A DNA stretch of 32,000 nucleotides from Nitrosococcus oceani ATCC 19707. GTDB taxonomy: Bacteria; Pseudomonadota; Gammaproteobacteria; Nitrosococcales; Nitrosococcaceae. Shown in pieces: positions 1-12,516 of the stretch. Numbering within the stretch: position 1 is the first letter of the stretch; the number at the start of each line of letters is the position of its first letter. The translations under genes and the position numbers were made by a program. The notes below the pieces were generated by a model that did no database searches, was not told the DNA's origin, and was given only the letters and a program-made list of their open reading frames with translations. The stretch lies in assembly GCF_000012805.1 (NCBI RefSeq), contig NC_007484.1:930001-962000 (forward strand), read 5' to 3'.

Positions 1-4
1 CCAT

Positions 5-1312
5 TTGTTTGAAATTCTCCAACAATTATCTTCTTGTCACGGTTACCGGGTAGCCTACAGCGGCGGGCTGGATTCTCAAGTATTACTCTACAGCTTGGTG
101 CAGTTGAGTCCTAAATTGCCGGGAAGCCTTATTAGCGCTATTCACATAGATCACGGGCTGCACCCCCGCTCTGAAGAATGGTCTCTCCATTGCCGTGAAA
201 GCTGCGCCGCATTAGGGGTTGGGTATGAGGAGGTCAAGGTAAATGCCCATCCGAGAAAAGGAGAAAGCCCCGAGGCAGCTGCCCGTGAGGCCCGCTATGG
301 CGCGCTTCGGCGCCGGATAGCCCTAGGAGAATGCCTGCTAACCGCCCAGCATCAGGATGATCAAGTCGAAACCCTCTTGCTGCAACTTCTGCGAGGGGGA
401 GGACCTGCTGGGTTGGCGGCCATGGCAAAAGCGGCGCCGTTTGGGCAGGGCCGATTACTGCGTCCTTTACTTTCTTTCTCCCGATCTGAATTAAAGATCT
501 ATGCGGAACAGGAGGGCTTAGTTTGGGTTGAAGATCCCAGTAATTTTGATCTCGAGTTTGATCGTAATTACCTGCGCCATAAAATTTTACCCTTACTATG
601 GCAGCGTTGGCCAGGGTTAGGCCGGACCTTGTCTCGGGCCGCATTTCATCAGGCTGACGCCGCTTGGTTGCTCGACCAACAGGCCCAACGGGAACTGGTT
701 GCAGTTAGCGCCGGTAAACAGGGACTTTCAGTGCAGGCGCTCCAAGCGTTAGCGCCGCCCCAGCGGCGCAATTCCCTGCGCTATTGGTTTAAACAGATGC
801 AACTGCCTCTTCCTGATAGCATTCATTTACAGCGTATTCTGGAGGAAGTTTTGCCTGCTCCCGAGGATGCCCAGCCTCTGGTTGCCTGGCCGGGAGCAGA
901 GCTTCGGCGTTACCGCGACCGCCTATATGCCCAGAAACCTCTGCCTCCCCATGATGCGGCGGAGATTTTGGTTTGGGAGGGAGTCGAGCCTTTGGTATTG
1001 CCTGCTGGGGTTGGCGGGGTATTGGTTCCTAAACGGACCCGAGGGCTGGGTTTGGATGCAATGCGGCTGCGGCAAAATCCCATGACCGTTCGCTTCCGCC
1101 AGGGTGGGGAACGTATTCGCTTGGTAGAGCGAGGTTATCGCCGCTCCCTGAAAAAAATTCTCCAAGAGCGGGGGATTCCCCCCTGGCAACGGACCCGTAT
1201 TCCGATGGTCTATGTGGGCGATAAGCTTGCCTTTGTGGCTGGAATTGGCGTTGATTGGGATTTTGCTGCCGCGCCTGGGGAAGCAGGAATCGTTATCGAA
1301 TGGATTCTTTAA
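5..1312 (+). CDS. tilS: tRNA(Ile)-lysidine synthase TilS. The ORF opens with TTG at the window edge, so the true start may be at or just upstream of it.
   Basis: PP-loop motif AYSGGLDS lies about 18 aa from the ORF start. The C-terminal tail LKKILQERGIPPWQR is typical of TilS. The ORF is 435 aa. Confidence 0.9.
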   Translation: MFEILQQLSSCHGYRVAYSGGLDSQVLLYSLVQLSPKLPGSLISAIHIDHGLHPRSEEWSLHCRESCAALGVGYEEVKVNAHPRKGESPEAAAREARYGALRRRIALGECLLTAQHQDDQVETLLLQLLRGGGPAGLAAMAKAAPFGQGRLLRPLLSFSRSELKIYAEQEGLVWVEDPSNFDLEFDRNYLRHKILPLLWQRWPGLGRTLSRAAFHQADAAWLLDQQAQRELVAVSAGKQGLSVQALQALAPPQRRNSLRYWFKQMQLPLPDSIHLQRILEEVLPAPEDAQPLVAWPGAELRRYRDRLYAQKPLPPHDAAEILVWEGVEPLVLPAGVGGVLVPKRTRGLGLDAMRLRQNPMTVRFRQGGERIRLVERGYRRSLKKILQERGIPPWQRTRIPMVYVGDKLAFVAGIGVDWDFAAAPGEAGIVIEWIL

Positions 1313-1388
1313 AATCCCTGGCATTGAGGAAAAGCGGGGATTCTGTTAGCTTATATAGTTGTTCTGCGGTTACTCCCATCATATTTAA

Positions 1389-3056
<1,668 letters not shown>

Positions 3057-3060
3057 AAGC

Positions 3061-5207
<2,147 letters not shown>

Positions 5208-5228
5208 TAAAAAGCCTATCTATGTCCC

Positions 5229-5504
5229 ATGAAGTTCATTGTTGGCTTGTTATTAGTGTTGTTGTTAGCACTTCAATACCAATTGTGGATAAGCAAGGAT
5301 GGTTTGGGGGAACTGCGGCAGTTGAGTCGTAGTATAAAACAGCAGCGGCATGAGAATGCCACCTTGATTGAACGTAATCAGGTTCTAAAAGCAGAAGTCC
5401 AGGATCTAAAAAGCGGTCTTGATGCTCTGGAGGAACGGGCACGAAGCGGGTTAGGTATGATTAAGCAAGGGGAAACCTTCTTTCAAGTTGTCGAAGAACC
5501 ATGA
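5229..5504 (+). CDS. ftsB: Cell division protein FtsB
   Basis: 91 aa with one N-terminal TM helix followed by a coiled-coil/leucine-zipper region. Sits in the conserved position between eno and ispD. Confidence 0.85.
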
Positions 5505-6205
5505 GTTCCAGCTATTGGGCGGTGGTGCCGGCTGCCGGGGTAGGGAAGCGCATGGAGGCCGATATTCCCAAGCAATATCTTCCCCTTATGGGCAAGACGG
5601 TCATTGAGCATACTCTGGCCAGGCTATTGCAACATCCCCGCATTCAGGCAGTTGTGGTCGCCGTCTCTTCCGAAGATAGGTGGTGGTCCGAACGTCTTTT
5701 CCAGGATAACGAGCGTATTATCCGGGTAACAGGTGGTGCGGAACGGTGTCATTCAGTCCGCAATGGGTTGGAGTCTTTGATGGCTTTAGCGGCGCCCGAG
5801 GATTGGGTTCTGGTGCATGATGCGGCCCGGCCTTGCCTGCGGAAAGAAGATATTGACCGCTTAATAGAGACTCTCCACGATCATCCCATGGGAGGATTAT
5901 TGGCGTTGCCTATCAGCGATACCGTCAAGCGCGCCGATGCAGAAGGATCTGTGATGGAAACGGTTGATCGGAAAGGTCTGTGGCGGGCTATGACGCCCCA
6001 GATGTTTCCCCTTGCAAAACTCTATAATTCCTTGCGGGAGGCTATTGCCGCTGGCGTGCAGGTGACCGATGAGGCTAGTGCAATGGAGTGGGCTGGATTT
6101 TCCCCCCGGCTGATAGAAGGATATTCGGATAATATCAAGATTACCCATCCCCAGGATTTGGCCCAGGCGGAGGTCTTTTTGAAACGGCAGGAGCGTGGAG
6201 AATGA
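5501..6205 (+). CDS. ispD: 2-C-methyl-D-erythritol 4-phosphate cytidylyltransferase
   Basis: [10 protein letters not shown] nucleotide-binding motif. 4-nt overlaps with ftsB and ispF. Confidence 0.93.
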
Positions 6206-6678
6206 GAATTGGGCATGGTTTTGACGCCCATCGCTTTGGTTCGACGGGAAAGTTGATTTTGGGGGGTGTAGAAATTCCCCATGAGCAAGGTTTAATCGCC
6301 CATTCTGATGGTGATGTGGTGATTCATGCCCTGTGCGATGCTTTATTGGGCGGTGCGGCTTTGGGCGATATCGGGCGCCATTTTCCGGATACTAGCGCTG
6401 AGTTTAAGAATGCGGACAGCCAAAAATTGCTTCATCGGGTGATGGTCTTGTTGAAGGAACACGGGTTTAAGGTAAGTAACGGGGATATGACGATTATAGC
6501 GCAGATTCCCAAGTTGGCCCCTTATCTTCCAGCCATGCGTGAAACCCTGGCTCTTGCGCTTGGATTACCTCTGCAGCGTTTCAATATTAAGGCGACCACT
6601 ACGGAAAGGATGGGCTATATTGGGCGGGCGGAAGGTATCGCGGCCCATGCGGTAGTATTATTGCTGGAAGAACAATAA
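6202..6678 (+). CDS. ispF: 2-C-methyl-D-erythritol 2,4-cyclodiphosphate synthase
   Basis: [12 protein letters not shown] and HSDGDV zinc-site motifs; 158 aa. Confidence 0.95.
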
Positions 6679-7754
6679 TGGAGGCGGATGAGGCTGGGCA
6701 GCAAGTGCTTGCCTATGGCGGAGATCCGCCTTTGGCAACCGCCCTGCTTCGGTGTCGCCCAGAGGACTTCCAGGTGGTTGAGGAACTTCCCTTCGCTCTC
6801 TCTGGGGAGGGCGAGCATGTCTGGCTTCTGCTTTGTAAACGTAACACTAATACTGTCTGGCTAGCGCGCCAGCTTGCCCGCATTGCCGGAGTGCGGCTAG
6901 TAGATGTGGGTTACGCAGGGCTAAAGGATCGTCATGGGCTGACCACCCAATGGTTTAGCGTTAATTTGAGTGGAAAAAAAGAGCCAGCCTGGGCTACAGC
7001 GTTGGAGTCTGCCACGGTTCAAGTGCTTAAGGTTATCCGCCATTCCCGAAAATTACAGCGGGGCGCGCTCAAGGGAAACCGTTTTCTATTGACCTTGCGC
7101 CACTTCCAGGGTGATCGGGAGGTTGTTTGCGACCGCCTGACACAGATTAAAGTTGCGGGGACTCCCAATTACTTTGGACCGCAGCGTTTTGGCCGGGGGG
7201 GCCAGAATCTGGATCAGGTGCACCGTTGGTTTAGTGGAGGCAAGCCACCCAGGGGGCGTTATTTACGGGGAATGCTGCTTTCGGCAGCCCGCGCTTTTTT
7301 ATTTAATAGGGTCTTGTCGGAGCGCGTCCAGGCAGCTAATTGGTGGCAACCACTTCCAGGCGAGGCGCTTATTCTGGATGGCAGCCATGGCTTTTTTGTA
7401 GCGGAGACCATAGATGAAGCCTTGCAAGCCCGGGTGAGGCGCTTCGACTGCCATCCCAGTGGTCCTTTATGGGGGCGAGGGGAATCTCCCGCTAAGAGGA
7501 TGAGCCGGGCTCTTGAGGAAGAGGTATTGGCGGATTACGCATTATGGCGGGAAGGTCTGGAGCAGGCAGGCTTAAAGCAAGAGCGCCGTAGTTTGCGTTT
7601 AATGGTAGCTGATTTGGAATGGTCTTTTCCTCCTGCTATGGATAGCTTGCAGCTTCATTTTCGTTTACCCGCTGGGGCTTATGCCACCACTGTATTGCGG
7701 GAAGTGGTCAGGACCCAAGAGGCGGTGGGACAGCCTTTCCTTTTAGATGAATAA
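6678..7754 (+). CDS. truD: tRNA pseudouridine(13) synthase TruD
   Basis: YAGLKDRHG catalytic-Asp motif and NYFGPQRFG motif; 358 aa. Sits in the conserved position after ispF. Confidence 0.9.
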   Translation: MEADEAGQQVLAYGGDPPLATALLRCRPEDFQVVEELPFALSGEGEHVWLLLCKRNTNTVWLARQLARIAGVRLVDVGYAGLKDRHGLTTQWFSVNLSGKKEPAWATALESATVQVLKVIRHSRKLQRGALKGNRFLLTLRHFQGDREVVCDRLTQIKVAGTPNYFGPQRFGRGGQNLDQVHRWFSGGKPPRGRYLRGMLLSAARAFLFNRVLSERVQAANWWQPLPGEALILDGSHGFFVAETIDEALQARVRRFDCHPSGPLWGRGESPAKRMSRALEEEVLADYALWREGLEQAGLKQERRSLRLMVADLEWSFPPAMDSLQLHFRLPAGAYATTVLREVVRTQEAVGQPFLLDE

Positions 7755-7989
7755 AAGAGGGGGCAATGTGAGGCGGGAGAGTAGTTGTTCTGCAAACCCG
7801 TTTTTTCTCCCCGAAAAAAGGATTTGATGCGCATCCTCTCTGGCGCGCTCCTGGGAGCATCCTTCGGATGTCTCGATTCGCCAAAAGCGAGTTCATCGGT
7901 GCGGGGATTTCCCTATCCCCTGCCTCCAACCACCCACCCCTCTAATACTTCAAGGCTTTTGCCAAGAAACTAAAAGGGAAAAGCTCCTT

Positions 7990-9666
7990 TCAATGAGAGA
8001 GTCTGGGGTGGCCCGCCGCAACTTCGGTTGCTTGTCCTTGAGCGCCAGCTTTGAGTGTGGCGATGCTCTTCCGCAGGCTTTTTTCTACCCAGCGGGTGAA
8101 GTTGGGATGAGGGATCAAGCCTTGCCCATTCATGACGTATTCCAAGCCGTCCAAATAGGTGGCATAGGGTCCAGAGCCGTAAAGCCGATTGGAAATGACG
8201 ATGGCTCGACCCTCTCCTTTATTGGCCTGTTCGATAAAAGCGCGGATTTCGCGTACTGCTTTAGCCCGCTTATCGGGCCAGTCCTCCCGTAGGGACATAG
8301 CGCGGATGTCACGGAAGGGGGACGGGAGCGTGGCTTTGATAGCAGCAATATTATGCTCCGTGATGAGGGCAAGATCAGCTGCATTCGTTTCATCACTTCT
8401 GCTGCCATGGGAGAGAAGAAGAACACTCTCTTGTAGAGGGTTTTGGCTTACTTCTAAAATCCGGTCTTTAAGAATTTCTGAGATTAAAGGATCGGTCTGA
8501 TAGCCACCGGTGGTGACAAAGCCGATGGGGGTACGCACGCGCTCAGGTACTCCGCCATGGCTGTGGGCTGGCGGCATTGGGCGGAGTCCAAGAATATAGT
8601 CGCTGGCCTCGTGCAGATGGCGTGGCAAGGCGTAGAGACGTAAAAAGGCTCCGTGGCGTACTCCCGCGGCCTCTAGCTCATTCACTGCTTGACCCATAGT
8701 GAAAGGGCTCGCCATGCCGAAGGCAAAGGCTGTCGGGTAACGCTTCACTATGCTTGGCATAGCGGCGACGATACCGTCATTGTAGGGCATAGTCGAGCCG
8801 TGGGGCATGATGATGATGCCAAGGGTTTTTTCCGTCACCGGGACATGGGTATTGATCATCCGCTGGAGCCAGGTGCGCACCGCCGGATGGGGCATGATGC
8901 TCTCGGAAATGTGAGCGCCGCTGTGAGCGTAGCGCCGCGCTAGCGAGGTTTCAAGGGACATGCGGGGGGTGAATTTGGGGCCAATGGCTAAGGGGATAAT
9001 GAGAGTTTGTCCTATCTTGGCGAAGCGGTTCACAATTGCCGCCGCTTCGGTTTCTGCCGCTTCCGCTCCCGGACCGGCTGCCGTTTTGGAGTAAGTGACT
9101 GCGACTGCCGTTTTAGAAGAGGAAATGTGGGGACGAATATCGTTGAGAAGGCGCTCGCCCAGCAATTGCAGATTGGCAGCGCTTGTCGTATCGCTGGCGC
9201 CCGATAGCCAGAGGACAAGCTGTTCTACTTTTGACGTTTTACGGGCTGAATCGATTCGGTCGAGCACTATTTCCCGCAGGAGGTAGCTTTCTCCAAGGGC
9301 GGGTGTCCAGGTGAAATTTGCTGGCGCCATAGCGGCTTCGATCTTGCCGTGGAAAAGCCCGAGTAGATAATCGTCCTCCGAGATGAAAAGGGGAATAGCG
9401 ATAATTTTATTCACGCCATGTTCATGGAAAAAACTTCGGGCCTTTTTGATGTAGGCTGCATAGCCATTCTCGATACCTTGATGGTCGGCCCCGATGAGCA
9501 GGAGCCTTACTGGGTAGTCTGGATCTAGATCTGCAGTGGCAGCAGCAAGTTCCTGGTTGCCAACGGCACCCCGGTCCTGAGCGACAACGAGAACACCTAT
9601 TTTTTCTGAAGCGCCGGCAAGGAGTGGGAAGACAGATAGAACAAGTAAGAAAAACAGCCGAGACAT
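7990..9666 (-). CDS. Secreted protein made of four tandem CbiX/SirB-like (class II chelatase fold) half-domains
   Basis: Signal peptide MSRLFFLLVLSVFPLLAGA|SE. Four repeated beta-strand starts are visible. Two keep the CbiX HGS signature (GIIIMPHGS, VLLLSHGSRSDE). Two are degenerate (GVLVVAQDRG, LVLWLSGASD). A GAGGT Shine-Dalgarno sequence lies 11 nt upstream. Confidence 0.75.
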   Translation of the reverse strand: MSRLFFLLVLSVFPLLAGASEKIGVLVVAQDRGAVGNQELAAATADLDPDYPVRLLLIGADHQGIENGYAAYIKKARSFFHEHGVNKIIAIPLFISEDDYLLGLFHGKIEAAMAPANFTWTPALGESYLLREIVLDRIDSARKTSKVEQLVLWLSGASDTTSAANLQLLGERLLNDIRPHISSSKTAVAVTYSKTAAGPGAEAAETEAAAIVNRFAKIGQTLIIPLAIGPKFTPRMSLETSLARRYAHSGAHISESIMPHPAVRTWLQRMINTHVPVTEKTLGIIIMPHGSTMPYNDGIVAAMPSIVKRYPTAFAFGMASPFTMGQAVNELEAAGVRHGAFLRLYALPRHLHEASDYILGLRPMPPAHSHGGVPERVRTPIGFVTTGGYQTDPLISEILKDRILEVSQNPLQESVLLLSHGSRSDETNAADLALITEHNIAAIKATLPSPFRDIRAMSLREDWPDKRAKAVREIRAFIEQANKGEGRAIVISNRLYGSGPYATYLDGLEYVMNGQGLIPHPNFTRWVEKSLRKSIATLKAGAQGQATEVAAGHPRLSH

Positions 9667-9747
9667 TATAATTTATTACCTCATCTCATTAAGAAAGTAG
9701 AAGGGGATCGGAGTTAGGCCCCCTGGGGTTTATTTATCCTGTAAAAA

Positions 9748-10041
9748 TTAATGCCGACGTGGCTTCATGCTGACCGGCGCTAGGGGTTCATGGGAATAGG
9801 AGCGCCCCAAGGTTAAGTGCTGCCAATCATCTAGTAGATGTAAGTAGGTTGCGCGGCATTCCGGTTCGTTTTGGACTACAGGATGTTCGCTGAGTAGGCG
9901 CAGATAACGGGCGACAGTCGAGGCCAGGTAAGGGGAAGCGTGATGGGTGTAACGGAGCATAAGCCGGCAGGTGACCGCCTGGAGTTGAATAAGACCCTGG
10001 GGTGGGAAAGTGCTGGGGGAATATGCTTTATGATCAGCCAT
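9748..10041 (-). CDS. Hypothetical 97-aa protein, His-rich, with no signal peptide, lying between the receptor and the CbiX-like gene
   Basis: Strong AAGGAG Shine-Dalgarno sequence 7 nt upstream of the ATG. Co-directional with its neighbours, 32 nt after the receptor stop and 81 nt before the CbiX-like start. No family recognised. Confidence 0.5.
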   Translation of the reverse strand: MADHKAYSPSTFPPQGLIQLQAVTCRLMLRYTHHASPYLASTVARYLRLLSEHPVVQNEPECRATYLHLLDDWQHLTLGRSYSHEPLAPVSMKPRRH

Positions 10042-10073
10042 GAGGGGACTCCTTAGTTTAAGGTGGATGGGGG

Positions 10074-12104
10074 TTAAAATTGATAGGTGAGGGCTACCTT
10101 AAAGTTACGCCCCGCCTCCTCGATAACGGAAAGATAGCGCCTGTATGCTTTGTTAGTTAGGTTATCGATACCAAAATCCATTCGTAACCCTTTGACTCCG
10201 GCGGAGGAAGGCAGCCAAGTGGCGTATAGGTCATACACGCTATAGCCAGCCGCTTCCAGCACACCAGGAGGAACGCGATCCTGCTTGGCGACAAAGCGGC
10301 CCCGTCCACCGAACACAAGCCCCCAGGGGGAGAAACGGCCGCCTAGATTGACCACGCCCTTGGCGGGTTGTACGTTGGTGAGGGGCAAGCCAGTATTGAT
10401 GTTTTCACCGTACGTGCGGCCAAAACTGGCCCCGGCGAAAAAGTACTCACTATCATAGCGAACGCCCGTTTCGAAACCGTGGAGACGCGCCTTATCAAGG
10501 TTGGCGTTTTGCGTTGTACCACCCAGGGTATTGACCTTTAGATCGATAAAATTATCGGCTTTAGTATCGAAATAGGTAAATTCCAGATTTAGCCGATCCG
10601 TTGCTGTCAGTAACTCTTCCCAAGCGCTCTTGAAGCCGGCTTCCCAGGTATAAACCGTTTCTGGTTTAAGATCTGGGTTGGGGATGAAGAAGTTATCGGG
10701 AAGACGGCCTGGAACTCCTCGGAAGTGGAGTCCTTCAGTAAAACGCTCGGGCAGGGTAGGGGCGCGAAATGCCTTGCCGTAACTGCCCCATAGGTTGAGC
10801 CAGGAAGCGAGGTGGATCATTCCGCCGATACGGGGAGAAATGGCCTCATCGGTGGTGCTCCCGCCAGCCCTCTCTTCTATCTCTAACGTATAGCGGTCAT
10901 AGCGCACTGCCGGAATAAGACTGAGGTATTGCCCAAGGGAGATTTCGTCTTGAATGTAAAATCCCCACACATCGCTGTTCGCCTTGGGAAAGGAGGGCCG
11001 AGGATTGCCATCTTCCCGCCCTTCCTCTTCATCCTTGAAGTAATTTACCCCTAAAGTAATTGTTTGCATTAAAAAATCTTGAGGATCGCCAAAATCCATG
11101 CTGTTTTGGAGGTTAAATCCGGTGGTGACAAACTCGCTGGTGGTTTGCCTGCCGCTTTCCAAGCGATTTCGGCTGTCGCGCAACTCATTGCGGTAAGCAT
11201 TGAATTTGGGTTTAAACCAAGGATGAGCAGGATCATCATAACTATACTGGAAGGTGTAGGTGCGACGTTCGATTTTGGTTGCGGCATTCTCATTGGCCCC
11301 GTCCGATACGGTTTGGGGATTGGCAGGAAAAATACCTTCGGTACTAAAGTAATCGCCGCCAATACGCAGCCGATGGGCACCGGGTTTATAACTCACGCGG
11401 GCCAGTCCGGAAAAGTTTTCCGCAGCCGAGCTGTCTAGTTCTTGGCCGCTGGCCAGCGTGATATCGTCGGAATCCCGGTAGGAAAAATTACCTAGAAAAT
11501 CCCAGTCGGAAGCCCGTCCGAACAGGGCGGCGCTGGTTGAACTCTCATTGTTAACGCTTTGGTAACCGCCCTTGAGCCGAGCGCCGAAACGTTGGCCGGG
11601 GGCAAGAAAATCGCTTGCCTCCCGGGTGGTCATGGTAACAACTCCGCCGAGGGCGCCGCTGCCGTAAATTGCCGAGGCTGGTCCGCGCAAGACATCAACC
11701 CGTTTCAGTAGATCCGGTTCGATAAAAAAACGGCCAAGATGACCAATGCTGGAATCCTGCCGGGCGCCATCGATGGTCGTCAGGATTCGCTCGCTGCTCA
11801 GACCGCGAATCGTCAGGGTTTCGCCGATAGGACGGGGTCCGGAGGTGAAATCGACGTTAGGTAAGACCTGTAAGAGATCATCCATGCTTTGGGCCTGGCG
11901 GCGCATAATTTGTTCGCTATCCAGAACGCTTACCGAAGCTGGTAACTCCGCCAAGGAGCGTGCAGTGCGGGTAACGATGACGGTCATCGGCTCAAAAGCA
12001 TGATTCTCCTCATTCAAAGACGTCTCTGTTTCTGCTTTTGCGATCATCCCGACCCATAGGGTCGGGATGATCGCAATTCCCGCGTATCTTATTGTTTTTC
12101 TCAT
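10074..12104 (-). CDS. TonB-dependent outer-membrane receptor of heme/hemoglobin-receptor type
   Basis: Signal peptide ending AKA. TonB box EPMTVIVTR and plug domain are present, and the protein ends in the aromatic ...LTYQF. A FRAPTLPERFTEGLH...NPDLKPE (FRAP/NPNL) box maps to 10668-10769. Confidence 0.92.
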   Translation of the reverse strand: MRKTIRYAGIAIIPTLWVGMIAKAETETSLNEENHAFEPMTVIVTRTARSLAELPASVSVLDSEQIMRRQAQSMDDLLQVLPNVDFTSGPRPIGETLTIRGLSSERILTTIDGARQDSSIGHLGRFFIEPDLLKRVDVLRGPASAIYGSGALGGVVTMTTREASDFLAPGQRFGARLKGGYQSVNNESSTSAALFGRASDWDFLGNFSYRDSDDITLASGQELDSSAAENFSGLARVSYKPGAHRLRIGGDYFSTEGIFPANPQTVSDGANENAATKIERRTYTFQYSYDDPAHPWFKPKFNAYRNELRDSRNRLESGRQTTSEFVTTGFNLQNSMDFGDPQDFLMQTITLGVNYFKDEEEGREDGNPRPSFPKANSDVWGFYIQDEISLGQYLSLIPAVRYDRYTLEIEERAGGSTTDEAISPRIGGMIHLASWLNLWGSYGKAFRAPTLPERFTEGLHFRGVPGRLPDNFFIPNPDLKPETVYTWEAGFKSAWEELLTATDRLNLEFTYFDTKADNFIDLKVNTLGGTTQNANLDKARLHGFETGVRYDSEYFFAGASFGRTYGENINTGLPLTNVQPAKGVVNLGGRFSPWGLVFGGRGRFVAKQDRVPPGVLEAAGYSVYDLYATWLPSSAGVKGLRMDFGIDNLTNKAYRRYLSVIEEAGRNFKVALTYQF

Positions 12105-12183
12105 CTCCTACTGTTTCCTCTAACCCTCGATGCTCTGCCATCAATAATTCATTTGCTATCCGGCAGGCGGCAAATATACGCTA

Positions 12184-12216
12184 ATTATAATTGTATGATA
12201 AATAATAATCATTAAC
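12184..12216 (-). promoter_or_regulatory. Candidate Fur box overlapping the promoter of the receptor operon
   Basis: Positions 12198-12216 read ATAAATAATAATCATTAAC, which matches 14/19 positions of the Fur consensus GATAATGATAATCATTATC (13/15 over the core). A perfect TATAAT -10 on the minus strand lies at 12184-12189, 8 bp downstream of the box. Confidence 0.55.
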
Positions 12217-12280
12217 ATTTAATTAATCAATATTTTCTTTTGCTTACTACAGAAGGGTCCGTGGCGTTTTTATTTTCCGC

Positions 12281-12311
12281 TACAAGATGGGGGTATACCC
12301 CCCATCTTGTA
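12281..12311. other. Perfect 13-bp-stem hairpin of unknown role
   Basis: Sequence is TACAAGATGGGGG-TATAC-CCCCCATCTTGTA. No U-tract follows on either strand, so it is not a canonical terminator. Confidence 0.4.
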
Positions 12312-12330
12312 ACCTTGAAGGAGTACAGGG

Positions 12331-12516
12331 ATGTATGACGACCCCCAGCGAGCGTGCCTGCCTGTGCGTGTGCGCACGCAGACAGGCGAAGTGAAGCGGC
12401 GCATCGAGCGCGGGAGCCAAGATTGCTTGCGTTTCGCCATGAATTCGCACTATGATTTTCTCGCTCTCGGAGCCTGGGGTGGGGAGCACCCGAAATCAAA
12501 GCGCGTGGAGCAGTAA
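12331..12516 (+). CDS. Hypothetical 61-aa ORF in a GC-rich patch; may be a gene fragment
   Basis: GAAGGAG Shine-Dalgarno sequence 7 nt before the ATG. Third codon positions are visibly GC-rich, unlike the flanks. No family recognised. The ORF ends 20 nt before the IS630 insertion. Confidence 0.3.
   Translation: MYDDPQRACLPVRVRTQTGEVKRRIERGSQDCLRFAMNSHYDFLALGAWGGEHPKSKRVEQ

Noticed and set aside
12105-12183. Possible cobalamin riboswitch in the receptor 5' leader, suggested by the CbiX-like gene in the operon.
   Set aside because: The leader is only about 75 nt from the predicted -10 to the ATG, too short for a B12 riboswitch of about 200 nt. No B12-box-like sequence is seen. The receptor carries the heme-type FRAP/NPNL box, not BtuB features.
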